The translations under genes were made by a program, and so were the position numbers. The notes under the pieces are model-generated. The model ran no database searches and had not been told where the DNA came from. It worked only from the letters and a program-made list of their open reading frames with translations. From contig JAITKV010000012.1 in NCBI GenBank assembly GCA_031278215.1, positions 4,874 through 68,873 of the forward strand: 64,000 bases of DNA, written 5' to 3'. The DNA is from Spirochaetaceae bacterium (lineage in GTDB: Bacteria > Spirochaetota > Spirochaetia > Treponematales > Breznakiellaceae). This document shows, piece after piece, positions 1 to 12,381 of this stretch; position 1 is the first letter of the stretch, and every line of letters begins with the position of its first letter.

Positions 1-72
1 TGTTTTTTAACGGTTGTTGTTTAAAAACTGAAGTTTTTAAACAACTCTAGTATAGAAAAAAGGAGTTTCGGT

Positions 73-603
73 ATGAAACACAAACGGGTAAAACAAGCGG
101 TTCTTAGCCTCTGCCTGCCGGCGGTGCTGGGAATGGTTCTTATGGGCTGCAGCAACCCCTCGAAGGCTGCTAATCCGGTGCCGCAAATCTATGTCGCCGG
201 GGCTTACGGTGAGGGAGAGGGGGCGGCCTACACGCCCTGTTACTGGCTTAACGGAACAAGGAGCGACCTTTCTATCGGGAACAAGGAAACGGGCGATGCC
301 TATGCCATCGCCGTATCCGGCGGGTCCGTGTATGCCGCCGGACGTTACGTGCCCCTTGTAAAGGACGGCCCCATCCCCTGTTACTGGCTTAACGGAACAA
401 AGTACGACCTTTCTACCGGGGAGGGGACATACGGCGATGCCTGTGCCGTCGCCGTATCCGGCGGGTCCGTGTATGTCGCCGGGTACTACTACGGCGACGC
501 CGCCTCCACGCCCTGTTACTGGGTTGGCGCAGAAAGGCACGACCTTCCCATCGGGAACGCGCCGGAGGGTCCCGCCTGGGCCATTGCCGTGGAACTACGG
601 TAA
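73..603 (+). CDS. Putative lipoprotein with ~47-aa internal repeats (AIAVSGGSVYxAGxY ... PCYWxNGT..DL)
   Basis: AGGAG precedes the ATG. N-terminal signal peptide ends in a lipobox-like LMGC. Three repeat units are visible in the translation, and the ORF stops inside a fourth unit (AIAVELR*). Confidence 0.6.
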   Translation: MKHKRVKQAVLSLCLPAVLGMVLMGCSNPSKAANPVPQIYVAGAYGEGEGAAYTPCYWLNGTRSDLSIGNKETGDAYAIAVSGGSVYAAGRYVPLVKDGPIPCYWLNGTKYDLSTGEGTYGDACAVAVSGGSVYVAGYYYGDAASTPCYWVGAERHDLPIGNAPEGPAWAIAVELR

Positions 604-639
604 GGCGCGGGTGCGGGTTTTTGCCTAACCATTTTGTTA

Positions 640-672
640 CAGCCCCGTCCGCCCGGACGGGGCTGCGTTTAC
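640..672 (+). terminator. Hairpin terminator after the repeat lipoprotein gene
   Basis: Perfect 11-bp stem CAGCCCCGTCC / GGACGGGGCTG with a GCCC loop. Only a weak T-run follows. Confidence 0.45.
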
Positions 673-740
673 TGCGCCGTATGACAGGCGCCTTTTTCTG
701 CAACTTGATTCATCCAGGAAGCTTATGCTACACTTAACCT

Positions 741-2312
741 ATGTTTTCTATTCGGCCCCCCCTCTGGTTTATCCCGGTTTTACTGCTTCCCATCCTGCCC
801 CTTTGGGCTCAGGATAACACCAGCCCGGCGCCTGCGGGGGAAGCCGCCGCTTTATCTGCCGGGGAAAGCGATACAGCTTTTGCCCCGGCATCGGCGTGGA
901 TTATTCCCATCGAGGGGGACATTGAACCTTCCCTGGTTACCTTTGTCCGCCGGGAGGCCCGGCGGGCCCTAAACGAAAATGTCCAGTATATTATCTTCGA
1001 GATCGATACCTTTGGCGGCCGGGTCGATTCGGCCCTGCAGATTACCTCTTTTATCATGTCCATTAAAAATGCAAAAACCGTCGCCTGGGTACGGAACAGC
1101 GAAAACTCCATGGGGGTAAGCTGGTCTGCCGGCGCCCTAATTGCCCTATCCTGCTCCGAAATTTATATGGCCCAGGGAACTTCCATGGGCGCGGCGGCGC
1201 CGGTAAGCATCGGCGTTGACGGCAAAACCGAAGGAACCGGAGAAAAAACCGTTGCGGCGGTCCGCTCCCAGATTGCCGCGCTGGCCGAAAAAAACGGGTA
1301 TCCCACGGGGATTGCCCTGGCCATGGTGGATTACGATGTAGAATTATGGGAAGTCGAGGTAGACGGGGCCATTAGGATCCTTACCCTGCAGGAATTGGAA
1401 CGGCTTGAATCCATGTCGCCGGACCAAAGGGGCGCGCCGGGCGGCATACGGCGGGTGGGGATTGTTTCTCCGGCGGGAAAGCTTCTTTCCCTTACCGCAG
1501 GGGAAGCCTACCGTTACGGGCTTGCCCGGGGGCTTGCAGACGACCGGGAAGAACTGCTTAAATCCCTGGGGGCCGAAACTGTTTTGGAAGAAAGCGCCCC
1601 CGGCGCCGCAGATTCCATTATCTCCTTTCTGGTATCCGGCCCCGTTCAAAGTCTTTTAATCCTCCTGGGGCTTATTATGATTTTTCTGGAATTACAAAGC
1701 CCCGGATTCGGCGTTCCCGGAACCGCCGCAATTGTCTGTTTTGTCCTGGTCTTTGGCGCCAGCTTTCTTTTGGACAGGGTGGATTCTCTGGAAATTATCC
1801 TTTTTGTTCTGGGTCTTGGCCTCTTGGCGGTGGAAATTTTTATTATCCCCGGATTCGGGGTTATTGGAATATCCGGCATTGTGCTTATCGCCTTTTCTTT
1901 AATATTTTCCATGCAGGATTTTATCGTTCCCCGGTTTGACTGGGAATGGGACCTTATGGGCCGTAATGCCATAGTGGTTTTGGTAGGATTGCTGGCGGCC
2001 ATTGTGGGAATCGCCGTTATTGCCCTTTTGGCGCCCAAGACAAGGATCTTCGACGCCCTGATGCTTAAAACCAAAATCGACCAAACCGCCCGGGAAGGCA
2101 GCGGCTGGCAGGAAAACGGGGATGTGGAATCGGATTATAAAACGCTTCTGGGAAAAACCGGCAGGGCCGTTACGGTGCTTCATCCTATTGGCAAGGCCGA
2201 AATAGAAGGGCAGATCTTTCAGGTTGAAGCCGATGGCGCTTATGTAGAAAACGGCAGCAGCCTTAGGGTAATAAAAGTTCAAGGAAATACAATTATTGTG
2301 GGGAGTGTATAA
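741..2312 (+). CDS. NfeD-family membrane-bound ClpP-class serine protease
   Basis: Signal peptide, then an N-terminal ClpP-like domain ([33 protein letters not shown]), central TM helices and a C-terminal OB-fold tail. It lies immediately upstream of floA, the classical pairing. Confidence 0.85.
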   Translation: MFSIRPPLWFIPVLLLPILPLWAQDNTSPAPAGEAAALSAGESDTAFAPASAWIIPIEGDIEPSLVTFVRREARRALNENVQYIIFEIDTFGGRVDSALQITSFIMSIKNAKTVAWVRNSENSMGVSWSAGALIALSCSEIYMAQGTSMGAAAPVSIGVDGKTEGTGEKTVAAVRSQIAALAEKNGYPTGIALAMVDYDVELWEVEVDGAIRILTLQELERLESMSPDQRGAPGGIRRVGIVSPAGKLLSLTAGEAYRYGLARGLADDREELLKSLGAETVLEESAPGAADSIISFLVSGPVQSLLILLGLIMIFLELQSPGFGVPGTAAIVCFVLVFGASFLLDRVDSLEIILFVLGLGLLAVEIFIIPGFGVIGISGIVLIAFSLIFSMQDFIVPRFDWEWDLMGRNAIVVLVGLLAAIVGIAVIALLAPKTRIFDALMLKTKIDQTAREGSGWQENGDVESDYKTLLGKTGRAVTVLHPIGKAEIEGQIFQVEADGAYVENGSSLRVIKVQGNTIIVGSV

Positions 2313-2313
2313 A

Positions 2314-3306
2314 ATGAGTCCTATCGGTATTGCTATTGTAATCGGCATTGTCGTTGTTGTATTAATCGGATTGGGTTTTTTAATGCTCTTTTTCCGGTTC
2401 TTCGGCCTTTGGTTTAGGGCCCTGCTTTCCGGCGCCCATGTGGGTCTGGGCAGGCTTATCGGCATGTGGCTGCGCCATGTAAACCCCGGGGTTATCGTCG
2501 ATTCCCGGATCATGCTTACTAAGGCGGGGATCGACATAAGCTCCGATATGCTTGAAACCCACTTCCTTGCCCGGGGAGACGTAATGAAGGTAAGCCGGGC
2601 GCTGGTGGCCGCCAATAAGGCCAACATTCCCCTTCCTTTCCAGCGGGCCGCCGCCATCGACCTGGCGGGCCGGGATGTGCTTGACGCGGTGCGGACCAGC
2701 GTTAACCCCAAGGTTATAGACTGCCCCGATACCAGCAAGGGCAAGACCACCATAGACGCGGTGGCCAAGGACGGCATTCAGCTTCAGGTAAAAGCCCGGG
2801 TAACCGTACGGGCTAATATCGAACGCTTGGTTGGGGGCGCAACGGAAGAAACCATTATCGCCCGGGTTGGCGAAGGAATTGTTACCACCATCGGTTCTTC
2901 CGCATCCTACAAGGCGGTTCTGGAAAACCCCGATACCATTTCCCGAACCGTACTGGCCAAGGGCCTGGACGCCGGAACCGCCTTTGAAATTCTTTCCATA
3001 GACATCGCCGACATCGACGTGGGGGCCAACGTGGGCGCAAAACTTCAGGCCGATCAGGCAGAGGCAGACAAGCGGCGCTTCCAGGCAGAAGCGGAAAAAC
3101 GCCGGGCCGCCGCCCAGGCCCAGGAACAGGAAATGATTGCCCTGGTCCAGGAAAACCGGGCCAAGGTGGTGCTGGCGGAGGCCCAGATTCCCCTGGCCAT
3201 AGCGGAGGCGTTTAAAAACGGCCATCTGGGGGTCCTGGATTATTACCGGCTTAAAAACATCCAAGCCGATACCGACATGCGATCCTCTATCGGCAATAAA
3301 AAATAA
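2314..3306 (+). CDS. floA: Flotillin-like protein FloA (SPFH domain, UPF0365/YqfA family)
   Basis: The translation [52 protein letters not shown] matches the FloA family as I know it. GGGGAG RBS lies before the ATG at 2314. The ORF-track start at 2296 would overlap the nfeD stop. Confidence 0.85.
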   Translation: MSPIGIAIVIGIVVVVLIGLGFLMLFFRFFGLWFRALLSGAHVGLGRLIGMWLRHVNPGVIVDSRIMLTKAGIDISSDMLETHFLARGDVMKVSRALVAANKANIPLPFQRAAAIDLAGRDVLDAVRTSVNPKVIDCPDTSKGKTTIDAVAKDGIQLQVKARVTVRANIERLVGGATEETIIARVGEGIVTTIGSSASYKAVLENPDTISRTVLAKGLDAGTAFEILSIDIADIDVGANVGAKLQADQAEADKRRFQAEAEKRRAAAQAQEQEMIALVQENRAKVVLAEAQIPLAIAEAFKNGHLGVLDYYRLKNIQADTDMRSSIGNKK

Positions 3307-3312
3307 TTTTTC

Positions 3313-3368
3313 CGCGCCGCCCCGCAGGGCGCGCCCTGCGGGAGCGCGCCCCTGCGGGGCGGCGCGGT
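3313..3368 (+). terminator. GC-rich perfect hairpin downstream of floA
   Basis: CCGCGCCGCCCCGCAGGG ... CCCTGCGGGGCGGCGCGG forms perfect 18-bp arms. No clear U-tract follows, so it could be a terminator or a REP-like element. Confidence 0.5.
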
Positions 3369-3412
3369 ATTAAACCCCGAAGCATGAACTTTTAAGGAAG
3401 GTCTAGGGCATT

Positions 3413-3922
3413 TTGGACGAACTTGTAAACAACCTGGTTTATCTTCTTCCCATCGCATTGTTTATTGCCGTCCGGCTTATCGGTGTAAAACAAACCAGCG
3501 ACAGGAAAAAGCAGCAAAAAGAATCCACCGGTAAACTAATAGAGAAGGTCCAGGAAGCCAGAAAAAATCCCGATTACGCAAAGGCTTTAACAAGGGCTAC
3601 GGAGGTGTACATACCTCCGTCCCGAAAGCTTACACAAAATTCTGACCCTGCAAAAAATAAAACCCAAAAAAAGCCTAAACCCGCTTCCCCGCAGGGCGGT
3701 TACGTAAACCCCTTTCAAAAGCCGGACGAGGAGCTTGCCAAAACAGACCAGGACCTTGGCGGCCCCGCCGCGAAAACCTCCGCGGCCCGTAACGGCGGGT
3801 CTAGCCCGGCGCAAAATATCCCCGGTATTTTTCCCGGCGAATTAAGCCCCCTGCAACAGGCCCTGGTGTGGTCGGAAATTTTAGGCCCCCCAAAAAGCGA
3901 GCAGGATTTTCCGTTCGTGTAA
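3413..3922 (+). CDS. Hypothetical single-pass membrane protein with a Lys/Pro-rich disordered tail
   Basis: ORF only. It has an N-terminal TM helix (LVYLLPIALFIAVRLIGV), uses a TTG start in the track, and I recognise no family. Confidence 0.4.
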   Translation: MDELVNNLVYLLPIALFIAVRLIGVKQTSDRKKQQKESTGKLIEKVQEARKNPDYAKALTRATEVYIPPSRKLTQNSDPAKNKTQKKPKPASPQGGYVNPFQKPDEELAKTDQDLGGPAAKTSAARNGGSSPAQNIPGIFPGELSPLQQALVWSEILGPPKSEQDFPFV

Positions 3923-4023
3923 TGGGCCTGTTCAATAACCCGGCTGGTTACTGAAGTTTCTAAACAACTTTAATATGCCTCTATGGTTTGACGATCCTTG
4001 TTTTACAGGCTATACTGTCTTGT

Positions 4024-5448
4024 ATGGCCTATGAAGTAACCGCGATTCGCCGCCGTCCCAAAACCTTTGACGAACTGGCCGGGCAAGAGTTTGTCAGCTC
4101 CACATTAAAAAGTTCTTTGGAACAGGGAAGCATCGCCCACGCGTACCTTTTTTCCGGCCCCCGGGGCTGCGGCAAAACCAGCGCCGCCAGAATCCTTGCC
4201 CGGTCCTTAAACTGCGAAAAGGGGCCCACCCCGGCGCCCTGCGGAGTCTGTTCCGCCTGTCAAGAGATAAACCGGGGATCAAGCCTGGACATTATCGAAA
4301 TTGACGGCGCTTCCAACACTTCGGTAAACGATGTACGGCAAATAAAAGACGAGGTCCTTTTTCCCCCCCATTCGGGAAAGTACAAGGTCTATATCATCGA
4401 CGAAGTTCACATGCTTTCCAACAGCGCCTTTAACGCCCTGTTAAAAACCATCGAAGAACCGCCGCCCTATATCATCTTTATCTTCGCCACCACAGAGCTT
4501 CACAAGGTTCCGGCCACTATTAAAAGCCGGTGCCAGCAATTTGCCTTTAAGTCCATTCCGGTAGAAACGATTCAACACATCCTTAGAGAAACCTGCGACG
4601 AAATAAATATCCGGGCAGAAGACGAAGCCCTGTTCTGGATTGCCCGGGAAGCCACGGGCAGCATGCGGGACGCGTACACCCTCTTTGACCAGGTGTCTTC
4701 TTTTTCCGGGGGAGAGATCCGAACGGCCCTGATCAGGGAAAAACTTGGCCTTCTGGGATTGGAGGAACTTAACGCCCTGGCAGAAGCCTGTGTGGATAAC
4801 GATACCTCCGCGGCCCTGACGGCGATAGACCGGCTTCTTGAATCCGGAGTGGCCGTGGAACAGGTTGTCATCGATTTAGCGGGCTATTACCGGAGTATTC
4901 TGCTTATAAAGGCGGGAATTACCAAGGAATCGCTTTTAGGTTACGGAAAGGGCCGGTTTTCCGCCAGGGTATGGGAAAAACTGTCCCTGGCCCAGTTGGA
5001 AGAAGCTCTTTCCGTATTTTTGGACCTTTACCGGGATATACGCTATTCCCTTTCCCCCCGGTTTGAGCTTGAAGCGGCGGTATCAAAGCTCTGCTGGCTT
5101 GACCGGTGGATTTCTCCCCAGGAGCTGCGGACGGCGGTGGAGACAGCCCGGACATGTCTAAAAACTCCGGAACCCGCCCCTCCGGCAGATTCCTGGGCCC
5201 GCGAAAGCCCGGCTTTGGAAGAGCCCTCCCCCGAAGCCGGCCGCAGCTTTACCGATAATTCTTTCGGCGGCCCGTCCAACAGTTCCGCCGAAGGATTTAT
5301 GGACAGGCCCGGCGCCTTTACCGAAGGGTTTAAACATCTTTTGGCCCAGCGTTCCGAAGAAAAGTCCAAAGAGCAGGACATAAGCCGGGAGGCGGAGCTG
5401 GTAAAGCGGGTCTTCCGCGGAACCATCGTAAACCAGGACAAAAATTGA
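4024..5448 (+). CDS. dnaX: DNA polymerase III subunit gamma/tau
   Basis: Walker A GPRGCGKTS, a Zn module CGVCSACQ, and IIDEVHMLS..ALLKTIEEPP. The start was chosen at the MAYEV ATG (4024), by comparison with typical DnaX N-termini. Confidence 0.9.
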   Translation: MAYEVTAIRRRPKTFDELAGQEFVSSTLKSSLEQGSIAHAYLFSGPRGCGKTSAARILARSLNCEKGPTPAPCGVCSACQEINRGSSLDIIEIDGASNTSVNDVRQIKDEVLFPPHSGKYKVYIIDEVHMLSNSAFNALLKTIEEPPPYIIFIFATTELHKVPATIKSRCQQFAFKSIPVETIQHILRETCDEINIRAEDEALFWIAREATGSMRDAYTLFDQVSSFSGGEIRTALIREKLGLLGLEELNALAEACVDNDTSAALTAIDRLLESGVAVEQVVIDLAGYYRSILLIKAGITKESLLGYGKGRFSARVWEKLSLAQLEEALSVFLDLYRDIRYSLSPRFELEAAVSKLCWLDRWISPQELRTAVETARTCLKTPEPAPPADSWARESPALEEPSPEAGRSFTDNSFGGPSNSSAEGFMDRPGAFTEGFKHLLAQRSEEKSKEQDISREAELVKRVFRGTIVNQDKN

Positions 5449-5777
5449 TGAATCCTTTTGAAATTTTAAAGAATGCCCAAAAGCTTCAGGAACAGGTAAA
5501 TTCCGTCCAGGATAAGCTTGGCGCCATTTCCGAAACCGGATCCGCGGGGGGCAACATGGTGGAAGTTGAAATTACCGGCAAGATGGAAATTGTGGGGGTC
5601 CGCATTAAAAAAGAGGTGGTGGATCCCGCCGATATAACCATGCTCCAGGATCTGGTGGCCGCCGCCATGGGGCAGGCGCTGGAAAAAATAAAAGAGCGGA
5701 TAAACCGGGAGCTGATCTCTGTGGCCGGGGGGGCGGAAATTCCCCGCATGCCGGGCTTATTCGGCGGGACCCCCTAA
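5448..5777 (+). CDS. ybaB: YbaB/EbfC family nucleoid-associated protein
   Basis: About 110 aa with the typical MNPFEILKNAQKLQE.. N-terminus. The ATG overlaps the dnaX stop (TGATG). It sits in the conserved dnaX-ybaB-recR order. Confidence 0.9.
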   Translation: MNPFEILKNAQKLQEQVNSVQDKLGAISETGSAGGNMVEVEITGKMEIVGVRIKKEVVDPADITMLQDLVAAAMGQALEKIKERINRELISVAGGAEIPRMPGLFGGTP

Positions 5778-5779
5778 AT

Positions 5780-6415
5780 ATGCCGGGATTTTCCGACACC
5801 CGGCGGGGGCCCTACCTGGGATCCTTTTCTTCCAATGCCATTGACCGGTTAACGGCCCTTTTTTCCCGGCTCCCCGGACTGGGAAAAAAAAGCGCGGGCC
5901 GGCTGGTATATCACATTCTGGATGCGGATGTATCCTTTGCCCGGATCTTGGGGGAAGAACTTCTGGCTTTTCACGATGCGATCAAGCGTTGTTCCCGCTG
6001 CGGCGCCTATACCGAATCGGATCCCTGTCCGATCTGTTCGGATTCGGCCCGGGAACCGGTGATCTGTGTGGTAGAACGGGCCCAAGACGTGCGAATTATT
6101 GAAGAATTCCGTGAATTCCATGGCCGTTTTCATGTCCTGGGGGGGCTTATCGCCCCCCTGGAAGGGGTTAGCCCGGACAATCTTACCATAGGAGACCTGC
6201 TAACCCGGGTACGCGAAGAAAACATCAAAGAGGTAATCCTGGCCACAAATCCCACCCTGGAAGGGGACACCACGGCCCTGTATATTCAGAAGGTCCTTAA
6301 AAATACGGGAGTGGAAATTACCCGGCTTGCTTCGGGCCTGCCCGTCGGGGGCGATTTGGAATACGCCGACCGGCTTACCCTGTCCAGAAGTTTTCGGGGC
6401 CGCATAAAGCTATAA
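5780..6415 (+). CDS. recR: Recombination protein RecR
   Basis: HhH motif LPGLGKKSAGRL, a C4 zinc finger (CSRCG..CPIC), and a Toprim region. Confidence 0.9.
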   Translation: MPGFSDTRRGPYLGSFSSNAIDRLTALFSRLPGLGKKSAGRLVYHILDADVSFARILGEELLAFHDAIKRCSRCGAYTESDPCPICSDSAREPVICVVERAQDVRIIEEFREFHGRFHVLGGLIAPLEGVSPDNLTIGDLLTRVREENIKEVILATNPTLEGDTTALYIQKVLKNTGVEITRLASGLPVGGDLEYADRLTLSRSFRGRIKL

Positions 6416-6431
6416 ACCCGCGGCGCGGCCT

Positions 6432-7385
6432 TTATTTTACATGCTCTTCGGTAAGGCCGTACCCTTCGGTCTGTTTGTTTCCAACCGGTTCCACATGAAC
6501 CATAATGTCAAAAATACCTTCTATCCGTTCCTTTACCGCGTCTTCAACCCGGCTTGCTATACTATGGGCTTCTGCCACGGTCAAAGAAGGATCCACCTCG
6601 ATATCGATATCAATGTCCCAATACCCCGCAATCCGCCGCATCCGTGTGCGGTGGGGATGGCCTGCTTCCGGCACCAGGCGCACCGCCTCAAAAAGTTCCC
6701 GGTACGATTTATCATCGGCGGCGCCGTCCATAAGTTCCATATTGGCCTCCAGGAAAATACCTACGGCATTTTTAATTACCCAAATTCCTACCAGTATGGC
6801 GGTAATCAGATCAACGGCCCCAACATTAAAGAACACGGAACAGCCCAGGCCCACAAGCACCCCCGCCGAAGTAACCACATCGCCCAGCATGTTTTTTGCA
6901 TTGGCCTTAAGCATCGCCGAACCGGCCCGTTTGCCAAAAATGTACTGACTCCAGGAAAGGAGTATTTTTCCTGCAATAGAGACCGCCGTTACAATTAGGG
7001 CCGCCCGGCCGGGTATTTCCAGGACTTTCCCTTCCATAAGCCGGAAAGATGCACTAAGGATCAGCTGACCCCCGGCAAAGAAAAGGATCATGGAAAGCAG
7101 CGCCGTGGCCACCGTTTCTGCCCGGCCATGCCCCCAGGGATGGTTTTTATCTGCGGGCCGGACAATTACCAAAGAAACAACCAGGGTCATAATCGCAATA
7201 AGTATATCCATGGATGTATCGATCCCGTCCCCCACAACCGCCATGCTGTGGGCAAAAATACCGGTAAAAATCTTTAAGCCGGCCAATATAAAATTCCCCG
7301 CAAGAGCGGTAAGAGACGCAACCTTAATAACAGAAGCCTTTTCTTTTACAGAAAAGGTTCTGTTCTTAGCCATGGCGCCGTTCAT
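6432..7385 (-). CDS. Cation diffusion facilitator (CDF) family metal efflux transporter
   Basis: Six TM helices with HSMAVVGDGIDTSMD-type metal-binding motifs and a C-terminal cytoplasmic domain. Confidence 0.85.
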   Translation of the reverse strand: MNGAMAKNRTFSVKEKASVIKVASLTALAGNFILAGLKIFTGIFAHSMAVVGDGIDTSMDILIAIMTLVVSLVIVRPADKNHPWGHGRAETVATALLSMILFFAGGQLILSASFRLMEGKVLEIPGRAALIVTAVSIAGKILLSWSQYIFGKRAGSAMLKANAKNMLGDVVTSAGVLVGLGCSVFFNVGAVDLITAILVGIWVIKNAVGIFLEANMELMDGAADDKSYRELFEAVRLVPEAGHPHRTRMRRIAGYWDIDIDIEVDPSLTVAEAHSIASRVEDAVKERIEGIFDIMVHVEPVGNKQTEGYGLTEEHVK

Positions 7386-8352
7386 AAAAAGTTATAGCCC
7401 TGTGTTTAATAAAGGTGTCTACAAGCCGGGAAACGCTAAGATTTTCTTTGGGTATAAAGCCCCCCGCCATATTGTCATGCCCGCCCCCCACACCGCAACC
7501 CTCTACCAGGGAACGGACCAAATCATTGGCTTTTATTTTGTCGCAGGTGCTTCGAACCGAAAGTTTTATCCCCGTTTCCCGTATCGCATAAGCGATTACA
7601 ATGTTTACCCCCGAAACGCTAACCACAATGTCTCCGGCGGCCCCCAAAAGGGAATCGTTGGCGCTTCTAAGCAGCAAAAAACCAAGTTCATCGTAAATTT
7701 CCACCGTCTTAAACGCCTCTGCATAAAGGTCCAGATCTTTAACGGAAATTTCATTTCCCTTAAGCTCCACAATCATGTCTATGTCGGAAAGGCTGTAGAG
7801 CTTATAAAACATATTAATATCCAGATCCGAAGCCCCCCTGGTAAGGTTGTCGGTGTCCATAAAAATTCCGTATAAAAGGGCCGTGGCAATTACCCTGGGG
7901 GGGTCGATATTGTTTTCAAAAAACCAGTCTGCGATTATGGCGCTGCAGCTGCCCACCTCGGGTCTAATATCCTCAAAGCGGTAGCCCATGTTTCCCTTAT
8001 ACTCGTGGTGATCAATAGCCGCCACTTCATCGGTGGGAAGATCTGTAATGTTGGCGTTTCCTTTCTGGGAGTCCACCAGTACCGCCCAATCCTCGGCGCC
8101 CAGGGTTGCCGCCTTGGACGCCTGAATCATCGGCACATTAAACATTTCCAGCATCTTTAGGGAATTGGCCTTTTCTATCTCCTGGTCGTAAACAATGGCA
8201 AGTTTCTGTATGCCCCGATGCGAAAGAAGATAATACATCCCCAGACTGGAAGCGATGGCGTCGGGATCCGGTACATTGTGGGGCTGGATAAAGACCTCGT
8301 CCGGGGCGTCTTTAAGGATATCCACTAAAATATCAAGTTTTGTCTGGTTCAT
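7366..8352 (-). CDS. DHH/DHHA1 family phosphoesterase (NrnA-like)
   Basis: Motifs HNVPDPDA, AAIDHH and GGGHDNMAGG (DHHA1). Confidence 0.8.
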   Translation of the reverse strand: MNQTKLDILVDILKDAPDEVFIQPHNVPDPDAIASSLGMYYLLSHRGIQKLAIVYDQEIEKANSLKMLEMFNVPMIQASKAATLGAEDWAVLVDSQKGNANITDLPTDEVAAIDHHEYKGNMGYRFEDIRPEVGSCSAIIADWFFENNIDPPRVIATALLYGIFMDTDNLTRGASDLDINMFYKLYSLSDIDMIVELKGNEISVKDLDLYAEAFKTVEIYDELGFLLLRSANDSLLGAAGDIVVSVSGVNIVIAYAIRETGIKLSVRSTCDKIKANDLVRSLVEGCGVGGGHDNMAGGFIPKENLSVSRLVDTFIKHRAITFYERRHG

Positions 8353-8432
8353 TTATTAAGTATAACACAAAAAAAGAAATTTGCCACAGTAAAAGTTTCT
8401 TTGCGGTTAAAGATCCGTCCGGCGCCTTGCTT

Positions 8433-10421
<1,989 letters not shown>

Positions 10422-10545
10422 TCATAGTTAAAATACGGATAAAAATCTATCAGCCGCGGGTTGCGGCAGAAAAAGGCGCCCGCCGGTAAAATACCCGAAC
10501 CGGGGCCAAATACCCTTATTTTTATCACCAATCCGGCATTTTTTT

Positions 10546-10764
10546 GTGGAAAACTTGTGTATAAATCGTGCGCAGTATTGGTTTTATTGAGTCAAAATGA
10601 ACCGGGATCCGGGTAAATAAGCGTAAATGCCCTTTTTAAACCGTTAATTCCTTGTAATGCAAAGAATTAAAATACATCCACTAATCAAATATTAAGGGTT
10701 ATACAAAAAAAAATTTATTTTTTCTATTTTCTTCTTTTTTTACTTGTGGTATAGTTGTGGATAA
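10546..10764. promoter_or_regulatory. DnaA-box cluster in the gyrB-dnaA divergent intergenic region
   Basis: TGTGGATAA at 10756-10764 is a perfect reverse complement of TTATCCACA. TGTGGAAAA lies at 10546-10554 and TGTGTATAA at 10556-10564, each one mismatch from consensus. A long A/T and polypyrimidine tract spans 10700-10740. Confidence 0.55.
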
Positions 10765-10787
10765 TATTCTGTATTTATGATCGTTTT

Positions 10788-12182
10788 ATGACCGAAACCG
10801 GAGACTACGAAATCATTTGGAATGAAACCATGAGTCAAATCCGTTCCGACCTAGAGGAACAGGAGTTTTTGACCTGGTTTAACCTGGAATTCCAGAAAGC
10901 CGACGAAGGAGGGTTTACCATCTCTGTCCCCTCCCTTTTTTACCTTGATCAGGTAAAAAAGCGCTACCAGGCCTATATCGAGGGGAAAATAGAAGAACTT
11001 ATCGGTAAACGGGTGGCTTTAAATCTGGTGATTAAGCCAAAAACCGCCGAAATTCCGGAAATTCAGGGTTCTGCGGACGCCCCGCCTTCAAAAACCCCGG
11101 AAATTCCCGTCCGAATCCCCGAAAGACCCCCCAAGGGCGGCCATTCGCAGCTGCGAAACGACTATACCTTCGAAACCTACGTGGTGGGAGACAACAATAG
11201 CTTTGCCGCCAACGCGGCCCAGGCCATTGCCCGAAACCCCGGGACGGCCTACAACCCCTTCCTTATCTATGGCGGGGCGGGCTTAGGAAAAACCCACCTT
11301 ATGCAGGCCGTGGGCAACTATATCCACACAAACACGGATTACAAGGTGATCTATATTTCCGCCGAAACCTTTACCAACGAGTTTATCGCCTCTATTCAGG
11401 ACACCGAAAGGGCTAAGGCGGCCTTTAAAAACAAATACCGTTTTGCGGACATCCTTCTTATCGACGACATTCATTTTCTTCAAAAAAAAGACGGTACCCA
11501 GGAAGAGCTGTTTTACACTTTTAACGCCCTTTACGACGCCAACAAACAGATGGTCTTTACCTGTGATCGCCCCCTGTCGGACCTTAAGGATTTTAATGAC
11601 CGCCTGCGCTCCCGGGTGGGCCGGGGCTTGAACGTGGATCTTCAGCCGCCCAACTATGAAACCCGTTGTGCAATCCTAAAGAAAAAGACCGACGCTTCGG
11701 GGATCACCATACCGGACGATGTAATAGCCCTGGTAAGTAAAAATATTTCTACCAATGTCCGGGACCTTGAAAGCGCCCTAAATACCCTAACCGCCTATGC
11801 CAAGCTGGTAAAAAAAGTTATCACCGTAGAGGTGGCCCAGCAGCTGCTTAAGGATCCCTTTGCAGACCGGCGGCAGTCAAACCTTTCCATGGAAATAATT
11901 CAACGGGTGGTGGCTGAAAAATTCCACCTTTCTCCCAATGATCTTAAGGGCAAAAAAAGAACCCAAAGCATTGTTTATCCCCGGCAACTGTCCATGTACA
12001 TTATCCGGGAGATAACCGAATACACCACCACCGAGATAGGCCAGGCCTTCGGAGGCCGGGATCATACCACGGTAATGCACGCATGCCAAAAGATAGAAGA
12101 CCGTATTAATTCGGATCCTTCTATGGATTCCATTATTCAAAGTCTTATTAGAACCATAAAAGACTATAGCGCAAAAGTTTAA
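10788..12182 (+). CDS. dnaA: Chromosomal replication initiator protein DnaA
   Basis: AAA+ Walker A GGAGLGKTHL, LLIDDIHFL, and the C-terminal DNA-binding signature (GGRDHTTVMHA). The start was chosen at MTETGDYEIIW (ATG 10788). Confidence 0.95.
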   Translation: MTETGDYEIIWNETMSQIRSDLEEQEFLTWFNLEFQKADEGGFTISVPSLFYLDQVKKRYQAYIEGKIEELIGKRVALNLVIKPKTAEIPEIQGSADAPPSKTPEIPVRIPERPPKGGHSQLRNDYTFETYVVGDNNSFAANAAQAIARNPGTAYNPFLIYGGAGLGKTHLMQAVGNYIHTNTDYKVIYISAETFTNEFIASIQDTERAKAAFKNKYRFADILLIDDIHFLQKKDGTQEELFYTFNALYDANKQMVFTCDRPLSDLKDFNDRLRSRVGRGLNVDLQPPNYETRCAILKKKTDASGITIPDDVIALVSKNISTNVRDLESALNTLTAYAKLVKKVITVEVAQQLLKDPFADRRQSNLSMEIIQRVVAEKFHLSPNDLKGKKRTQSIVYPRQLSMYIIREITEYTTTEIGQAFGGRDHTTVMHACQKIEDRINSDPSMDSIIQSLIRTIKDYSAKV

Positions 12183-12234
12183 AAAATGTTAATATACCGG
12201 GGATAACTTGTATAAAACTAACCAAAAATTAACA

Positions 12235-12370
12235 TGTGGAAAACAGGGGGCCTTTTATTAAGCCATTGTTAAATATTTAATTTTTTATATAATAATAAGT
12301 TACCGTGGTTTTCCACATTTTTGAAAACCTATTACTATGACTACTATTATATTTATATAAATATAATAAG
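12235..12370. promoter_or_regulatory. Candidate oriC core in the dnaA-dnaN spacer (inverted DnaA boxes plus an AT-rich unwinding element)
   Basis: TGTGGAAAA at 12235-12243 and TTTTCCACA at 12309-12317 form an inverted pair. They are followed by an almost pure A/T stretch at 12318-12370 (TTTTTGAAAACCTATTACTATGACTACTATTATATTTATATAAATATAATAA). Confidence 0.55.
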
Positions 12371-12381
12371 AGGAGATGTGT

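Noticed and set aside
4024-5448. A programmed -1 frameshift site in dnaX (as in the E. coli tau/gamma system).
   Set aside because: I found no A-AAA-AAG-type slippery heptamer with a downstream hairpin in the gene.
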